NCBI GenBank assembly: GCA_964016885.1 | Contig: OZ024742.1 | Location: 328,724,001 to 328,788,000 of the forward strand | Reading direction: 5' to 3' | DNA: 64,000 nt | Source of the DNA: Eledone cirrhosa | Taxonomy: Eukaryota | The notes under the pieces: generated by a model | The model's database searches: none | Seen by the model: only the letters and a program-made list of their open reading frames with translations | Told to the model about the DNA's origin: nothing | Position numbers and translations under genes: made by a program | Shown here: in pieces, positions 1 to 13,985 of the stretch | Layout: each line of letters begins with the position of its first letter | How positions within the stretch are numbered: the first letter of the stretch is position 1

Positions 1-10
1 ATTTAATTAG

Positions 11-98
11 ATATTACATGTGTTCCACCGCCGAACAGCTTAAGGAACGATCGAATAATGTTCGTTCCTGTCTCTGGAATCGGGAGCTATTCAGATAT
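11..98 (-). ncRNA. Degenerate hammerhead-like motif with expanded stem II, homologous to 33700-33787
   Basis: ATAT-CTGAATA...GGAA-CACATG-TA-ATAT. Two core substitutions. Aligns colinearly with 33700-33787. Confidence 0.45.
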
Positions 99-271
99 GT
101 GTTCTCACACGTAATCGTACGTCCAAATATGTATGTGTGTGTGTATATATATATACATATATGCATCCGTACATATATACATTCGTAATACTTTTATACA
201 TATATTACATATATCCGTACCTACAGAAACCCATAGACTCGTATATATATATATATATGCACACCTCTCTC

Positions 272-338
<67 letters not shown>

Positions 339-682
339 AGATATATATATATATATAGAGAGAGAGAGAGTATTTATTATTCATAAATATATAATACATA
401 TATTTAGATTTATATGTATAAGAACGTATGTGTAAATGTGTTTGTATTCATACACATAAATATGTCTGCCTGTTCGCAGTTAATTAACGTAATATAGGTC
501 TAACCTACGTTATGCTGGACATTTTTATAATGAGATAAAAATCCCCTGCAGAGTTATAAACAATGGAGAGATGTTATCATTGTTTACGAGTCAAAATATT
601 ACATTTAACACGATGACAGAATTAATACTACAACGTAACAAAATACTGGCAGAATGAGTGTATATACATTCAAACACATGTT

Positions 683-821
<139 letters not shown>

Positions 822-921
822 ATATATGTACATACCTACATATATTCTCCGTTTCTTATGTGATATATATATATATATATACGATATTAATAAATGGAAA
901 CTATATTTATAAAACCATATT

Positions 922-986
922 TATTTCATTATACATATTTCAGGGATACCAAATTAAATCATGGTATGCCTTCATCAGACAAAATA
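922..986 (-). ncRNA. Type I hammerhead ribozyme (inverted PLE-1 terminus)
   Basis: Minus strand: TATTTTGT-CTGATGA-AGGCATACCA..TGGTATCCCT-GAAA-TATGTA-TA-ATGAAATA. Confidence 0.8.
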
Positions 987-1412
987 CAATATATAACAGT
1001 TTTACAAATAAGCTTTGACGTACCCTATTAAAATGCAACCATTATTTTTGGAAGCCATCCGGATAGTGAATTGTTTATATTATTTTAATAAGTCATAGTG
1101 TTAAGGACAATTAGAAAAAGACGGAGAGAAAGAAAAAAACCGAGAGAGAGAAAGAGAAAAACGGAGAGAGAGAAAGATAAAACTTGGAGAAGTATCGGAG
1201 AGAGAGAGATGCATGGAGAAAAAAGAAAGAAAGAGATAAATAAAGACAGGAAGGAGGAAAGAAAGAAAAAAGGAAGAAATAAGAAATAAGAAATAAGAAA
1301 AAGAGAGGAAAGCAACAGAGAGATATTAAGTCATCAGACAGATAGAAAATCTCAAGAGAGAGAAATATTATATAGAGAGAGGGAGAGAAAATGAAAACTT
1401 TACGTCATGTCA

Positions 1413-3190
1413 AACTTGAAATACTGAATACAGATGCATCTTGTATAATGCATGAATTAGACATTGAGAATAAAACACAACCCTTCATGCCTAGGAAACC
1501 TAAGATCAATATGAAAGATCACAAAAGAAACTTTGAAAATGACTTACCAGTCAGATTAATTGCACCATCTAAATCTGACCAGGGCAAACTTAGCAAAATA
1601 TTCTAGACTGGGTAATTCAACAAATTAAACACTTACCTAATTTATCTTACTTAAAATTATGGAAAGGGACTAGTGAGGTTATCGATTGGTTTAAAGAAAT
1701 TAAATATAACTATGATAATAAGTTTATTCAGCTGGATATTGCTAACTACTATTCATCTATCACTCCTAATCTACTGAATAAGGCACTAAATTACGCATTT
1801 AAACATACTGACCTAACTAGCAAGGAAAACATTGATAGAATTTAATAACCAACTCTGGACTAGGGCAGATAGAAATAATAATTTCGACATAACTATGGGA
1901 TCATCAGACTCGGCTTAGGTAACGGACCTTGTGGGCCTATTTATAATTAATTCGCTACATAGAAAAATACCAGGTGTAACCGGAGGCTTATATCGTGATG
2001 ACATGCTTTTACTTATACAAAATAATAGCTGTGAACTAAATAGAAAAAGAAAACAAATTATACAATTTTTTAATTACCTTAATCTAAAAGTAGAAATAGA
2101 GAATAACCATAAAATAGTTAATTTTCTTGACGTAACACTAAATCTCAACATATGTCTTCATTATCCATTTCATTATCCATTTCATTATCCATTTCATTAT
2201 CCATTATCCATTTCATTATCCATTTCATTATCCATTTCATTATTGAATTATGTTAATTTTAACTCTAATCAACCCAGATCTGTTAAAAATACTATAGTGA
2301 ACTCTGTTCAAGAAAGAATTTCAAGAATTTCATCTAATAAAATTCTATTTGATGAAAAAGCGCAGTACTACAACGAAGCGTTAGGTAGAGCTGGATATAG
2401 AAATAAAATTAAATACATTGATAATAATAATAATAAGCAAACTAACCAAAATAATAACAATTTTAATTATGGTAACAACTTTAACAACTATAATAGAAAA
2501 CATTACAATAATTCCAAAAGCCGAAAAAGAAATAGAACTAGAAATATATTATGGTTTGCTCCCCCTTTCTCACTAAATATTAAAACCCCTATTGCTAAAC
2601 TATTCTTTAAAGCTCTTGACAAACGCTTCCCTAGAACACATACATATTACTCAATTTTTAATAGACATACTATACAATTAACTTACTCGTCCACCAAAAA
2701 TTTAGCACAAAATCTTAATAGAATTAATAATAGAAATTTAAAACCTAACCAAAATACCAATAATAACCCAAGCAATATTCAATTGAATAAATGTAACTGT
2801 AGAAATAAATCTAACTGTCCGTTAAATAACAACTGCTTAGCTAAAAATGTAGTGTACAATTGTAATGTTAAAACTAACTTAAATTCATTTAACTATGTTG
2901 GTTCTACCTCTAAAGAATTTAAATTTCGCTTCAATAATCATAAAAAATTATTTCACAGATCCAAACAAAATATCTTCAACTTCGCTATCTAGCCTACTAT
3001 GGGACCTAAAACGAGATAATGTTAAATATTCGATGACTTGGAATATTATTTCAGAGGCTACTCCTTTTCAGAAAATTGTGATCTTTGTATTGAAGAAATA
3101 TTCTTTATATTAAAGTCCAAAAATTCCCTTAATTTAAGGAACAATTTATTCAGTTGCTGCAGACATAGATTGAACTCAACGTTTAAATAT
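1413..3190 (+). pseudogene. PLE reverse transcriptase + GIY-YIG endonuclease, disrupted by stops and frameshifts
   Basis: ORF pieces 1391-1606 (KDHKRNFENDLPVRLIAPSKS), 1931-2992 (GGLYRDD, VNFLDVTLNL, WFAPPFS, CNCRNKSNCPL, VVYNC..YVGST..FKFRFNNH) and 2895-3113. Confidence 0.9.
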
Positions 3191-4936
3191 AAATATAAAT
3201 TTAAAATGTAGTATAATTAATTAAGTAATTTAGTTAATATATGAAACCTGTCGATAAATCATTAGATTCCTTCACCTTTTTCTTTTTAAATTTTCTTCCT
3301 AAATATAAACATAGATATAATAAACTACTCTAAAATGTCTATACTTCCAATGTCTTAAATAAAATATACGTAACATAAATTTCTATACTAAATATAAGGA
3401 TATATGTAGAACCCTTGGGTTTTTTTAAATCTTTTAAATTTTTAAACTTTTTAATTTTTAAAATTTTTTAAACTATTTTAAATCTTTTAAATTTTTTAAT
3501 TTTTAAATTTTTAAATTATATTGATATAATATTTATTTAACTTTTATTTTTATTTTTATTTTTATTTATTTTTATTAGTTTTGTTTTGATTCTGATAGCT
3601 TCTCATAATTTTCATAAGTCTACCCTTTCAATATCTTGATTGAAATATACGTAGGATAAATTTCTATACTAAATATATGAAACATATTATTTTAACTTAA
3701 GATACTCTATAGTGTTTTAAACATATTTAATGCTTTGATATTTCTAGAATTCGTTTGTCCTTTTGACTAAACCGATATAATTGTATTTCCAAAATATAAT
3801 CCTTTGGTATTTTAAATTTATATTGTTATAATTATATTTCCAAAGTATAATCCTTAGTAATATATTGATATTTGATTATCTCTATACAAATGTGTATGTG
3901 TGTATTAACATGCATATAAAAGTGTTATAGGTTTTTTATGATTGTATATATGTCTGTATGTATACATGAGCGATGCGGGAAGACGCACGCAAATATTTAT
4001 TTATACATATATGTGTGTATATATATATATGTATATCTATATGTGCGGGTAAGAGATATGTTGGCTAACCACGCAGTTTTGATTGCAGATATGCATAATT
4101 TTAACAGAATGTTAAATGCATGAATGGTAATCGTATATATGAAGACATCAATGTTAATCGTATATATTTACGTATATATACTGTGAACTTTTTTTATAAC
4201 ACAAGGAATGTATAGCAGTGATTAAGAGAAATCGTCTGCGTTTTTGTATGTCTATATTGTTGACTTGAGTAAATATATTTTCAGGACGTGCGTATATATA
4301 TATATATATATTTGTGTGTCTTTGCCTAAGATACTGATTTCTCTAGCATTTTGGTTGATTAAACCCAAATTTTGGTATATTGATCTCAAGTTTTAAACTA
4401 AACATGTAGTCATTATTGAACAATGTTTAATTTCTCATATTATATATTTATGTCCCATTCATGAATATTAATATTTATATTTTTATTATTCATTTCATAT
4501 AAATTGTTAACTCAACTTAATATGACATGACTTAAAGTTTTCATTTTCTCCCCCTCTCTCTATATAATATTTCTCTCTCTTGAGTTTTTCTATCTGTCTG
4601 ATGACTTAATATCTCTCTGTTGCTTTTCTCTGTTTTTCTTATTTCTTATTTCTTCCTTTTTTCTTTCTTTCCTCCTGTCTTTATTTATCTCTTTCTTTCT
4701 TTTTTCTCCATGCATCTCTCTCTCTCCGATACTTCTCCACGTTTTTTCTTTCTCTCTCTCCGTTTTTCTCTTTCTCTCTCTCGGTTTTTTCTTTCTCTCC
4801 GTCTTTTTCTAATTGTCCTTAACACTATGACTTATTAAAATAATATAAACAATTCACTATCCGGATGGCTTCCAAAAATAATGGTTGCATTTTAGTAGGG
4901 TACGTCAAAGCTTATTTGTAAAACTGTTATATATTG

Positions 4937-5001
4937 TATTTTGTCTGATGAAGGCATACCATAATTTAATTTGGTATCCCTGAAATATGTATAATAAAAT
5001 A
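4937..5001 (+). ncRNA. Type I hammerhead ribozyme (PLE-1 3' terminus)
   Basis: TATTTTGT-CTGATGA-stem II-GAAA-TATGTA-TA-ATAAAATA. Intact core, 8-bp stem I, AUA cleavage triplet. Confidence 0.85.
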
Positions 5002-5181
5002 AATATGGTTTTATAAATATAGTTTCCATTTATTAATATCGTATATCTACTCCAAATACTTGTCGAGTGCTTTATATCACTTATAAAAATATTTACTTGT
5101 TGTATCCCAACGATTTTAAATAGAACTGTTGCATATATATACATATATATACACGGGTGTGTATGATTGTGTATAGAAGAT

Positions 5182-5399
5182 TATATTAATAAAAGGAATC
5201 CCAACTTTGTCTGATTTACTCGTGTTATTTACAATCATTTAAAATTATAATGGTATTAGAATGAAATAGTATGGTAGAATATTAAATGTTAAGTGTTGAC
5301 ATTTAATATTCTACCATACTATTTCATTCTAATACCATTATAATTTTAAAGGATTGTAAATAAAACGAAATAAATCAGACAAAGTTGGAATTCCTTTTA

Positions 5400-5407
<8 letters not shown>
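5182..5407. repeat. Fold-back palindrome, arms ~110 bp, abutting (TA)n
   Basis: TATATTAATAAAAGGAATCCCAACTTTGTCTGATTTA... mirrors ...TAAATCAGACAAAGTTGGAATTCCTTTTATTAATATA, with centre near 5294. Confidence 0.9.
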
Positions 5408-5477
<70 letters not shown>

Positions 5478-5482
<5 letters not shown>

Positions 5483-8400
5483 GAAAATAAAACAAAAGTC
5501 TTTATTAGCCAACAATGTTTCGTCCTATTAAGGACTCATCAGGGCAATTAAAACTACAAGAAGTACTATCGGCCAGTACAAGCCGAAAACTCCGAAAAAT
5601 ATGGAGTGTACATACACTAAAGTATTGGAAGATTATGGGTAAAAATATATAATAAAAATCACTAAGGAGGTGGATAACATTTTGAACCATATTACAAATA
5701 TAGTCCAAAGCAAAAAAAACTAGAGCTAAACAAAAGTGGTTATATAGAGCGGGAATTGTAGTACTATATGTAATACAATATAATATAATATAATATACTT
5801 GTAACAATATTAAAATTAAAATTAAAATTAAAAGGCACAATATACATATGTATATATATACACACACGTACGCACATATACATATACATCAATACACATT
5901 TCCATCATTAACAGCACAAATTAAACCTTATTAAGAGTTTAAATATAAATGAGCATAATATGAATAAAAATAAAAATACAAAATAATACGTATATATAAT
6001 ATACAGTATAACATGAAGTAATGAAATGATTAAAAGTAAAACATATAATATATAATAGACTATATAATTATATAATATATAATATAATATAATAGATAAT
6101 CTCCGGTTAATTTACACAAGCAATATAGATGTCACAATAACACTATAATAATAATATAATAATATATAATGGCATGTAAGTTAACAAATCAATTCATATA
6201 GAGTTAGAGAGCAGGTGAGAAAAAAATATATATTGTACAATACCAAAATCAAAATTATGATGGTACAAAAATATAAACATCTTACGGAATATATAAAATA
6301 TAACATATCATAATGGTGCATAAAATCATCGGTAAGTAACAAAGATCAATATTACATTTACAAATAGTTGAATAACAACTTCAATATAAATAATGAACAT
6401 AATATAATATATAATTACTTATAATTACAAGGTTGGTGAGCAGACACATATGTGAACGAGTGAATAAGGGCCAGACGGAAAATACTATGCACAGTAGTAT
6501 TAATAAATAAATAAATAAAATCGACCGGAAATCAAAAAACAAAAACAAAAGTATTTACTTAGGTCTCACATGCAGTTATGTAAAAACATAGGAAACAACC
6601 CGGATAAATGACTAGAAAACGCTATTTGATAAATTAATATTGAAAATATTTAAAATACTTAATAAGGCAATACAATATTAGGTATGGTTTAAGTAATCAA
6701 AATTCCTAAACATTAAGATATTAACTATAAATATATATAGAAAGGAATGAAATATTCTACTATCATTTACATAACGTTATCTAATAAACTGATTTAAGCA
6801 GAATTATGGTAGGCTAATGTGGACAGAAAAAAGAAATGTATGGAGGATACAAAGGAGCATAAAAAAGGGGATTAAATATAATCATAATATATTTGAAGGG
6901 GTTAGCAATAAGTTTATGTGTGCATGGGGGGGGGGGTAGTTATCCAAAGAAGAATCCAAATAAAATAAAATAAAATAAAATAAAATGAAACAAAATAATA
7001 TAAAATATATAATCAGATATATACTCATAAGGTGTTAATAGTGAAAATTTAATGTGTAAGAAGATAGATATGGTATAGTAGCCAAAAGATTATGAGAGCT
7101 AGAATAAAAAGTTGTCAAAAACCAATGATAATAATGATGATAATAATGGTGGTAAACAAAATGAACCTAAACTAAGCTAAAAAATAAGTAATGGAATATA
7201 TCAGCTAATGGATACAATTTACACTACTAGAACCTTTAGGTTTATAATAAAAGTAAGAATTAGAAATAGCGTGGGGGCAAGAAGAGAATATCTCAGACTT
7301 TCTATTAAGTAAGGATTCACTAGAGAAAATTATAGAGTGTGTCTCAAGGATACAGAGATTACAAAATTTAGTATGTGTAGAAAGGTTATTAGAGCGTGTT
7401 ATTAAAAATACTATGGTATTTATGAGAAGGGGGAAATTTTTCTCTAAGATAGAAAAGAAAGACCTAGGGATATTAGTTAATACTTCCTGTTTATATGGCG
7501 GGTTAAAATAAGTATTTAGTCTCCTTCTATTTTTATCCTTTCCGACTCCACCATTATCCAATATCCCATTATTAAGACTAGGGTTACTACAAGGATTAGT
7601 TAAAACCACATTATTAGAATCAGCCGAAATTCCATTAAGTCTCTTTCTGTTTCTACCGTTAGTATATCTGCTGCTGTCTGGAATCCTATCAAAAGGATTA
7701 GGGCTAATAATAGGATCAGTAGAAACAACACTATTAGAATTAGATCTAGCAAAAGCATCACCAATGAGTGAGCGCTCAGAGGGTTCGACTTGATTCCTAG
7801 AACTATTAGATTCCCTATTACGAGTCCGGTGGGTTAACTAATGGATGGGTTCAGATACACTTATGTAATTTCTACGATTATTATGCTTCCTACTCCCATT
7901 CATGACAATATTATGGGATATTATGTTATTATTATTATTATATGTAAGCAGAGACTTTCTAAGGTTACTATCATTATAATGTATTTTACCAGAGTAACCG
8001 GAATTAACTAGGGCATTATTATAGTACTCCGCATGGTCATTAAAAGTTCCTACGTCCTTAGAGAGTGTGGACATCCTATTAGATACACCCTTAATTATAG
8101 AGCTTATCATAGATTTGGGGTGGTTAGAATTGGGACTAACATAAGAAAGTATTTCATTAGGCTTATGGAAGGGTTTAAAACTATTAGTGACCAAGTCCAA
8201 AGTCACATCTAAAAAGTTGACCGCTCTATCGTTTCTATCTATCGTGATCGAAAGGTTATAGCATTTAAAAAACTTATAAAGCTTCTTATTATTATGCTCG
8301 ACATTGTTGGTGCTAGAGTTAATCACAAACAATGCATCATTACGATATAGTGCGCCTTTAAGGTGCGGAAAAGTAGCATATAGTTCATTTAGGAGGAACA

Positions 8401-8570
8401 ACCCAACATGATCAGTTACCTGGGCCGAATCACTCGAACCCATTGTAACGTCGAAATTATTGGGCGTGTTTTTCGGCTCTGTTTAATTACATTGAGCTAT
8501 ACCTATTACTGTCTTTTCTATAATACGAAGAGGGTGTTTAACTCCAACACGCTCCAGTATTTTAATCCTG

Positions 8571-8572
<2 letters not shown>
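5478..8572 (-). mobile_element. Penelope-like element (PLE-2), 5'-truncated, endonuclease region largely deleted
   Basis: ORF 7838-8443 (MGSSDSAQV, GALYRND, VNFLDVTLDL, SNHP) and 7205-7609 (YFNPPY..CNLCILE..LNRKSEIFSSCPH). Long AT-rich 3' UTR with terminal HHR. (TA)n on both sides. Confidence 0.85.
5508..5545 (-). ncRNA. Minimal hammerhead ribozyme (PLE-2 3' end)
   Basis: GCC-CTGATGA-GTCC TTAATA GGAC-GAAA-CATTG-TT-GGC. All core nucleotides and three stems present. Confidence 0.85.
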
Positions 8573-8624
<52 letters not shown>

Positions 8625-8630
<6 letters not shown>

Positions 8631-8809
8631 TGCCAACACGTTTTCGAGTACCGCCACTGCTTTATATCCATGTAGGAGAACCCCTACCGATGCGCTGAAC
8701 GAGTGTGACTTTTTAGTCCAGCCAGCGTCTTGAAAACGCTGGTACAAACAATACACTTGTGACAATTATTGACACATAGTGCTGGGCCCATGGTACCATG
8801 TGACGACAA
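8625..8809 (-). mobile_element. RTE-clade LINE 3' end fragment
   Basis: Direct repeat of 9447-9632. Minus strand encodes the same terminal C2H2-like motif as that copy. Confidence 0.65.
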
Positions 8810-9446
8810 GTGCAGATAATTATTGGATGAGAAAACGGGATAGAGAAATATGATCAAGTGTGATTAGTTGAGAGAATATAAGATGATAATAGTTATGTCA
8901 AGGTTATACATCTTAATAATAAATAATCTGTGTATCAGAGTTGCAGAACCTTCAATTCACTTACGGGTTCAAGCCACGTGGCGTGGTCCATTGTTTATCT
9001 GTGCGGTCATTCGCGTTTGTTTTTGACACCACAGCAGATGCACAAGTTCGTAAATTCCAATGCAGATAGAAATCTATTTTTGCTCACCCGGACATTGACG
9101 GAGGATCCAATATTCCTAGCTCAATATGTGTGTGGTGTTATTTTGGTCGCACAGATCAATCACTTGGTTCAATATTATGGAGTATGGTTTTCTGGTCTTC
9201 GTAACAGTGTCAGTGGTTGTATATCTGGAAATCACAGGGATCACAGTACTCCGGTTTGGTGTGATTATCGGTCATCCAGCTATGTTGTTGGTGGTTGGAT
9301 TCAATTCTATTCGCCCGAACGTTGAACTTTGGTGTCGATAGTACATTAACGAGGCAGGGTGAGATCGCATCTGTGGTACAAAACGGTACGCAAGGAAATT
9401 CTTCGTCTATATATATACATATGCTCATACATACATACATACATAC

Positions 9447-9908
9447 ATGGTGGCTGCCAACTCGTTTTCGAGTACGGCCACTACTTTATATCCATGTAGG
9501 AGAACCCCCACCGATGCGCTGAACGAGTGTGACTTTTTAGTCCAGCCAGCGACTTGAAAACTCTGGTACAAACACTACACTTGTGACAATTATTGACACA
9601 TAGTGCTGGGCCCATGGTACCATGTGACGACAATGGCAGAGAGATCTCCAGATATAAAGCAATGCCTGTGCCGTGAAGCTTTTATAGTGAGCAAAGGCAC
9701 TGCACAAAGCCAGTCCCACTCTCTTAACCAAGATGATATTTACCAAAAAGAAGAACAAGTCAACATCATTGGATACCATCAGGGTTGCAGGTGTTATATC
9801 AGAGTTTTCCTTCTCCTAGAATTCTGCCTTGACAAAGGCTAAGGGGTCATCTCTCCCGGTGATTTTGGATGGCCATTGACTCTTAAGAGCTCCTTTGCCC
9901 TTTGACCG
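9447..9908 (-). mobile_element. Short bipartite RTE-derived element (5' UTR-like part joined to 3' end)
   Basis: 5' part contains CTAGGAGAAGGAAAACTCTGA, an RTE 5'-UTR-like motif also seen near 58720. 3' part encodes CSVCTRVFKSLAGLKSHTRSAH. Flanked on both sides by (ATAC)n. Confidence 0.6.
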
Positions 9909-12453
9909 ATACATACATACATACATACATACATACATACATTCATACATATAATACATATATATATCTGGCTGTCTAATCGTGGGTTTACATTTAATGT
10001 CCGGAAATGTTTTAGGCACTACCATTGTTACTGTCCCACTATTTCTCGCCATGGAACTTGGAGACTGGGAGCCCAATGGTACTATTCTATTGTACATCGA
10101 TAGAAGATTACATTTTTTAATAGCCGTTTTTTACTCGCTTGTTTATTTGTGTTTGAGACACGTTGGCTGAAGGCTTATGACAGGATAGGGAATATTTGAA
10201 ATTAGTCTCCTGCCGTCACGTAAATTTCTGAACTAGTGGCCAATCGACTGACCTCATTGTGATGCCACTTAGATATTTCAGTTGCTAATGTTTTACTGTG
10301 TCAGCCGTCACATTCAGTCATAGCCTGCATGGAGTAGAATTAAACTCTGTCGATCGATTGGTTATTGATTAGGTGAAAACCGCTGATTAAGCCACATGTG
10401 CCGATTGTGCATTGTTGCATAATATATGCAGAGAGTGGATACTGTCTACTCTATTACTGCATGAAGGGTGGCAGAACATCTGGTCCGGGTATAGATTGAA
10501 GGTACCCATTTACGTGTGTTGTGTTAAAGCGAATAACTATTTCTCTACTCTGGGAGTCAACTTATCATTAACTATTGAATACGCTGAGATGCCACCGGGA
10601 CTAGCAGTGAAACCCATGCTAGCCTCGTCAACCTTTTATTATTGTTATATATATATATGTATATACATATATATATATATAGAAGTGGTTACACAGCAGT
10701 TTGTTCACCATACCGAGAACAATTGTTTCACCTTAGCGAATCTTCAGCTAATGGACATGGTTATACGCAACAGGAAGGACAACCGTACGAACGCGCATGC
10801 ACAGAAACCGGTCACTTCACACAGGCAATACTAAAATGCGTGCGAGAGGTGTAAGGGAGATAACTGCAAAAGTCCGAAAAGTTTTTAGTTGATAAGAACA
10901 TTATAATGTTGTTGTAATAATTCAATCCGGAGCTTTGTATTTATTCAATAGGTGTTTCGAGACGTATGAACATTCATTTTCTCGTGTTTTAGGCAATCAC
11001 TATCGCATAATCTCTTTCGAATATTTATTCGTTCATCAATACATAGTCCACACGACGGATTTCCCCTTGCGTATGGCTTGGACTTAGTGATGGCTTTCGA
11101 TTGAATGGAGTAGTCTATACTTAAGTCCTTGAGGGTCCATACGTGGCTCGCGAGTTTCGTGGATGAACGTCTGTCCAGGTACCTAAAGGTCGACTGATGG
11201 TTCAGGAAACGTTCCTTAAATCGGCCCTCCGCCATGCCCACATAGGATTTGACCTCCTGTGGTTGGTTTGCTCCGTTGGAAGTGACCACAACTTCATAAA
11301 TTACAGCGGTTGGGTTGCATTGCTGTTGAAGGGGACACGCTTCGAGCTTACGGCAAGAGCACCAAGAAGCTACAATATCTAGCTAAGCGGGAGGCGTTCC
11401 TCACCCTGAAAGATCACAAGGTAGACTTTACTTCTAACCCCACATGTAGACTAATAAACCCTGCACGCACAGATATGGGATTATTCAGTAAGGCCATATT
11501 TAGTTAGGACCATTAGGACCAAGTCCAACCTGCCCCAGTGGGAGAAAAGCGACTCCGTAATTAAATGGTTTAACCCCCTAAAATCTTAAAAAGCGAAGTT
11601 CACACAGTTTTACATTGTCGATTTTTACCCGTCGATCTCAGAGACCCTGTTAAACAAAGCGTTGGACTTCGCTACCACTTACACCACCGTCGATGGTTTA
11701 GTCAGGGAAATCATCGCTCTTCAACGACGGAATAGCCTGGGCAAAGAAGTCTACAACTTCAAACCTATTCAACGTCTCCATTTGATGTGCTCACGTATGC
11801 GACTTGGTTGCCCTATTTATTTTAGACATAATACGTGTTAGATTCCCGGACTTCCACACGGGAATATACCGCGACGATGGACTGACCTTATCGAGCCATA
11901 CAAGTGGTCACGACCTTGACCGGTTTAAACAGACTTAGCTTCTACCTTCAATGAGTTAGGACTTAGAATAACAGTAGCTACCAACCTCTCTAGCGTAGAT
12001 TTTTTAGATATTATTTTAGACCTTCACACACACACCCACAGACCCTTCCATAAGCTAAGCTAAACAAAAAAACTCAATTACATTCACAAGGACTCATGCC
12101 ACCCTCCCACTGTGTTTAGAAACTTTGTAAATAATATCAGTACTAGAATCTCAAACCTCTCCTCTAATAAGGCTATCTTTGACAGGGCGGCACACTACTA
12201 TAACACGACGTTAGATAACAGCGGCTTCTAGCAACCTATCACTTACTCTCCCACTATCAACAACAGCAATAATAATAGAAAGCGTAACAATATACAAACT
12301 ATCTGGTTATCTCCTCCCTTCTCACTCAACGTTAAAACCAATGTAGGCAAAACATTTCTAGCCCTCTTAGATAGACACTTTCCCATAGGTCATAAATACC
12401 GCTCCATCTTTAACCGACACAAAGTAAAACTAGAATACTCCTGCGCTAAGAAC

Positions 12454-12984
12454 ATGAAGGCCCACATCACGAGCAGCCCTAGGAGCAACACTCCACCAGG
12501 GTGCTCTTGCCGTAAGCCCGAAGCTTGTTACCTTCAACAGCAATGCAACACACTCGCTGTAAATTATGAAGCTGTGGTCACTTCCAACCGACCAAAGCAA
12601 CCACAGGAGGTTATATCCTATGTGGGCATGGCGGAGGGCCGATTTAAGGAACGTTTCCTGAACCAGCACTCGACCTTTAGGTACCCGGACAGACGTTCAT
12701 CCACGAGACTCGCGATCCACGTATGGTCCCTCAAGGACTCAAGTATAGACTACTCCATTCAATGGAAAGCCATCACTAAGTCCAAGCCATACGCAAGGGG
12801 AAATCCGTTGTGTGGACTATGTATTGATGAACGAATAAATATTCTAAAGAGATTATGCAATAGTGATTACCTAAACACGAGTTTGAATTTTTCACGCGTT
12901 GTCCACACGTCTCGAAACACTTCTTGCATAACTACAAAGTTACGGATTGAATTATTACAACATCATAATTTTCTTATCAACTAA
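12454..12984 (+). pseudogene. PLE GIY-YIG endonuclease domain (inverted duplicate at 10945-11289, minus strand)
   Basis: CSCRKPEACYL, YVGMAEGRFKERF, CGLCIDE. Confidence 0.85.
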
Positions 12985-13103
12985 AAAGTTTTCGGTCTTA
13001 CACCTCTCGCACGCATTTTAGTATTGCCTGTGTGAAGTGACTGGTTTCTGCGCATGCGCGTTCGTACGGTTGTCCTTTCTGTTCCGTATAACCATGTCCA
13101 TTA

Positions 13104-13141
13104 CGAGCTGAGGATCCGCTAAGGTGAAACAATTGTTCTCG
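13104..13141 (+). ncRNA. Minimal hammerhead (PLE-3); copies at 10714-10749 (-) and 32655-32691 (-)
   Basis: CGAG-CTGAGGA-TCCGCTAAGGT-GAAA-CAATTG-TT-CTCG. Palindromic stem III loop; weak stem II. Confidence 0.7.
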
Positions 13142-13242
13142 GTATAGTGAACTAGTTGTTGTGTAACCACTTCTACCTAACTCGTACCATGGACTGAGTG
13201 CTCTACCACTACGTATATAACCTTCCAGTGTTCTACTACTAC

Positions 13243-13322
<80 letters not shown>

Positions 13323-13899
13323 TTATATATATATGCATACGTATATATACATATGTATGTGTTTGTGTGAATATGTGTGTGTAATTGAGGATGGGTGCTC
13401 CACTAGCTTGAATAACGGAAGTCTGCTCGTAAAAGGAAGATAACAATGCTTCAGCATTCCACAGACAAGTGCAGCCTCAGATTAATTCTCATTGAGATTG
13501 AAATTGACGCAGTATATGACAACATTAACTTTTTCTATTTCATACACAACGCAATTTCGACAGCTGTGCACTGAAACTGCGTGAAATAATGTGTCATGTT
13601 CAAAGGACACCTTGTCCTGTTCTGATCGGAAGTCTCAACCTTCGGATAGTGAGCCGAACACAATAACCACTAAGTCACCTGTCTTCAATAGCGTTTTATA
13701 TATTATATTTTCTTTGTATTTATTTTGTATGTTTGAAAATCTGACGTGATTGTCTCTATATTTACAATCACGATAACTACAAAACCGACTAGTTAGTTCA
13801 AATCATAAAAAAAGAAACGTGCAGCTCAAACACTCTGAGATTTCAGCCCATAATTTTAATGATATCAGAACAGGAAAAGTACCATAAAATGAAATGGCT

Positions 13900-13985
13900 T
13901 ACTCAAAAACCCACCTTGCTACCCGATCCAGGAATCGAATTCATGACCTTATGATCGTCAGTTCAACACCCTAATCACTAGGACC
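13900..13985 (-). mobile_element. tRNA-derived SINE head; related degenerate pieces at ~13580-13680 and ~18740-18826
   Basis: Minus strand has A-box-like TAGTGATTAG and B-box-like ATTCGATTCCTGG. Confidence 0.55.

Larger units (their letters stand above)
877..5046 (+). mobile_element. Penelope-like retroelement (PLE-1), 5'-truncated, with inverted copy of its 3' terminal repeat at the 5' end
   Basis: RT and GIY-YIG fragments at 1413-3190. 877-1412 is the reverse complement of 4523-5046. HHR in both arms. Left end abuts (TA)n. Confidence 0.9.
10679..13176 (+). mobile_element. Penelope-like element (PLE-3) with ~680-bp 5' inversion
   Basis: 10679-11363 is the reverse complement of 12499-13176. 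RT from 11364 (AFLTLKDHK..CRLINPA; GIYRDDGL at ~11860-11885). GIY-YIG in 12454-12984 (VNYEA..YVGMAEGRFKERF; CGLC). Confidence 0.92.
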
